From NCBI RefSeq assembly GCF_963506605.1, contig NC_083276.1, positions 69,440,001-69,504,000 on the forward strand: DNA of 64,000 nt, in the 5' to 3' direction. Both the position numbers and the translations under genes were made by a program. Below, in pieces: positions 63,106-64,000 of the stretch (position 1 is its first letter; every line of letters begins with the position of its first letter). The stretch comes from Zootoca vivipara. Taxonomy: Eukaryota. Below the pieces are notes generated by a model that worked only from the letters and a program-made list of their open reading frames with translations, made no database searches and was not told where the DNA came from.

Positions 63106-63302
63106 GTTACAGGTAGGTAGGCATGTTGGTCTGCCGTAGTCGAAACAAACAAACAAAAAATCATTCCAGTAGCACCTTAGAGAACAACTAAGTTTGTCAT
63201 TGGTATGAACTTTCATCTGAAGAAGAGTGCATGCACACGAAAGCTCATACCAATAACAAACTTAGTTGGTCTCTAACGTGCTACTGGAAGGATTTTTATT
63301 TT
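63106..63302. mobile_element. Penelope-like element pseudo-LTR remnant (inverted pair)
   Basis: ~51-bp inverted arms at 63164-63214 and 63239-63289 around ctgaagaag..tgcatgcacacgaaagctc. Confidence 0.8.
63215..63251 (+). ncRNA. Degenerate minimal type I hammerhead ribozyme motif
   Basis: CUGAAGA (63217-63223), stem II GAGUGC/GCACAC, GAAA (63239-63242), palindromic AGCU, CUC triplet; stem I truncated. Confidence 0.6.
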
Positions 63303-64000
63303 ATGCCCAACAGGGTAGAGCAAATAATGCTCCTTACAACTTTAGCAACATGTGTCTTATGGATCCAAAAGTTACTTACATGGGCAGAATGGCACTTCTG
63401 CCTGGGCAAAGTAGCACCCGTCTAAATTCTGCTGATTTCCCCCATGCCCCCATACTCCATACTATTCCAGAGGATCCCTTCACCATCAGGAGTAGCCCTT
63501 GGAAGATCACAGAAGCTCTCAGAAGGGAGACTGAGCCAGAAGCCTTGTGGGCCAGATGCACCCCCTCCATCAGCAATTAGTCTGGGCTGAAAAGCTTTCT
63601 ATGGAAGCCAGTAGGAGTCTTTTTTTCAAGACTAATTGCAGTGTAGGGACCCATTTTCAAGGAGCTCTCCTCTCCGCATGCACTGTGACTTCTTCCCTGC
63701 CGAAAACACACCACGCCACACAATCCCATGCTGCAATTAGGTTTGGAAAAAGCCTTCTATTCACTCATGCTTTTTTCCAAAGTGGCACAAGGGAGGGGAG
63801 TCATCTTCATGGGGAGCGCTGATGAGGAGAATGTAGCTACAATCTCCAGGACAATCAACTTTCCTCCTGCAATCAAGCTTGAAAAAAGCTAGTATTCTCC
63901 CCCTCTGCCACCCTGAAGCTTAATTGTAGAGGGAATTGTAGAGGTGGAAACAGCAAAAGTCTGAATGCATCTGAGCATGGGAGGGAGCAGCTATTTTAAA

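Overview
Vertebrate (squamate, probably lacertid lizard) genomic DNA; the taxon is inferred from Sauria/Squam1 SINEs, a Squam3-type SINE and BovB. The window holds the 5' half of the tubby gene (TUB) on the minus strand. It comprises a CpG-island promoter (~39700-40640) and coding exons at 39816-39779, 11273-11222, 10246-10084 and 1662-1528. These splice to [49 protein letters not shown]...KEKKRKHKG; the gene runs off the left edge. The rest is intron (intron 1 ~28.5 kb) and ~23 kb of upstream DNA filled with BovB, L2, CR1, Rex/Babar and Penelope-like fragments, Sauria SINEs, and hAT and pogo/Tigger-like MITEs, many with clean target-site duplications. There is one 143-N gap. I see no strong evidence for a wholly new biological system. 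The best leads are: (i) an RFX X-box/CCAAT cluster next to an in-frame candidate alternative first exon in TUB intron 1; (ii) a BovB insertion with twin-priming-type 5' inversion geometry; (iii) a degenerate hammerhead ribozyme core in a Penelope-like remnant; (iv) uORFs, one with its stop overlapping the TUB start codon; (v) a second candidate upstream first exon. Family names come from recognising the sequence by eye, not from database searches; boundaries of old repeats are approximate.
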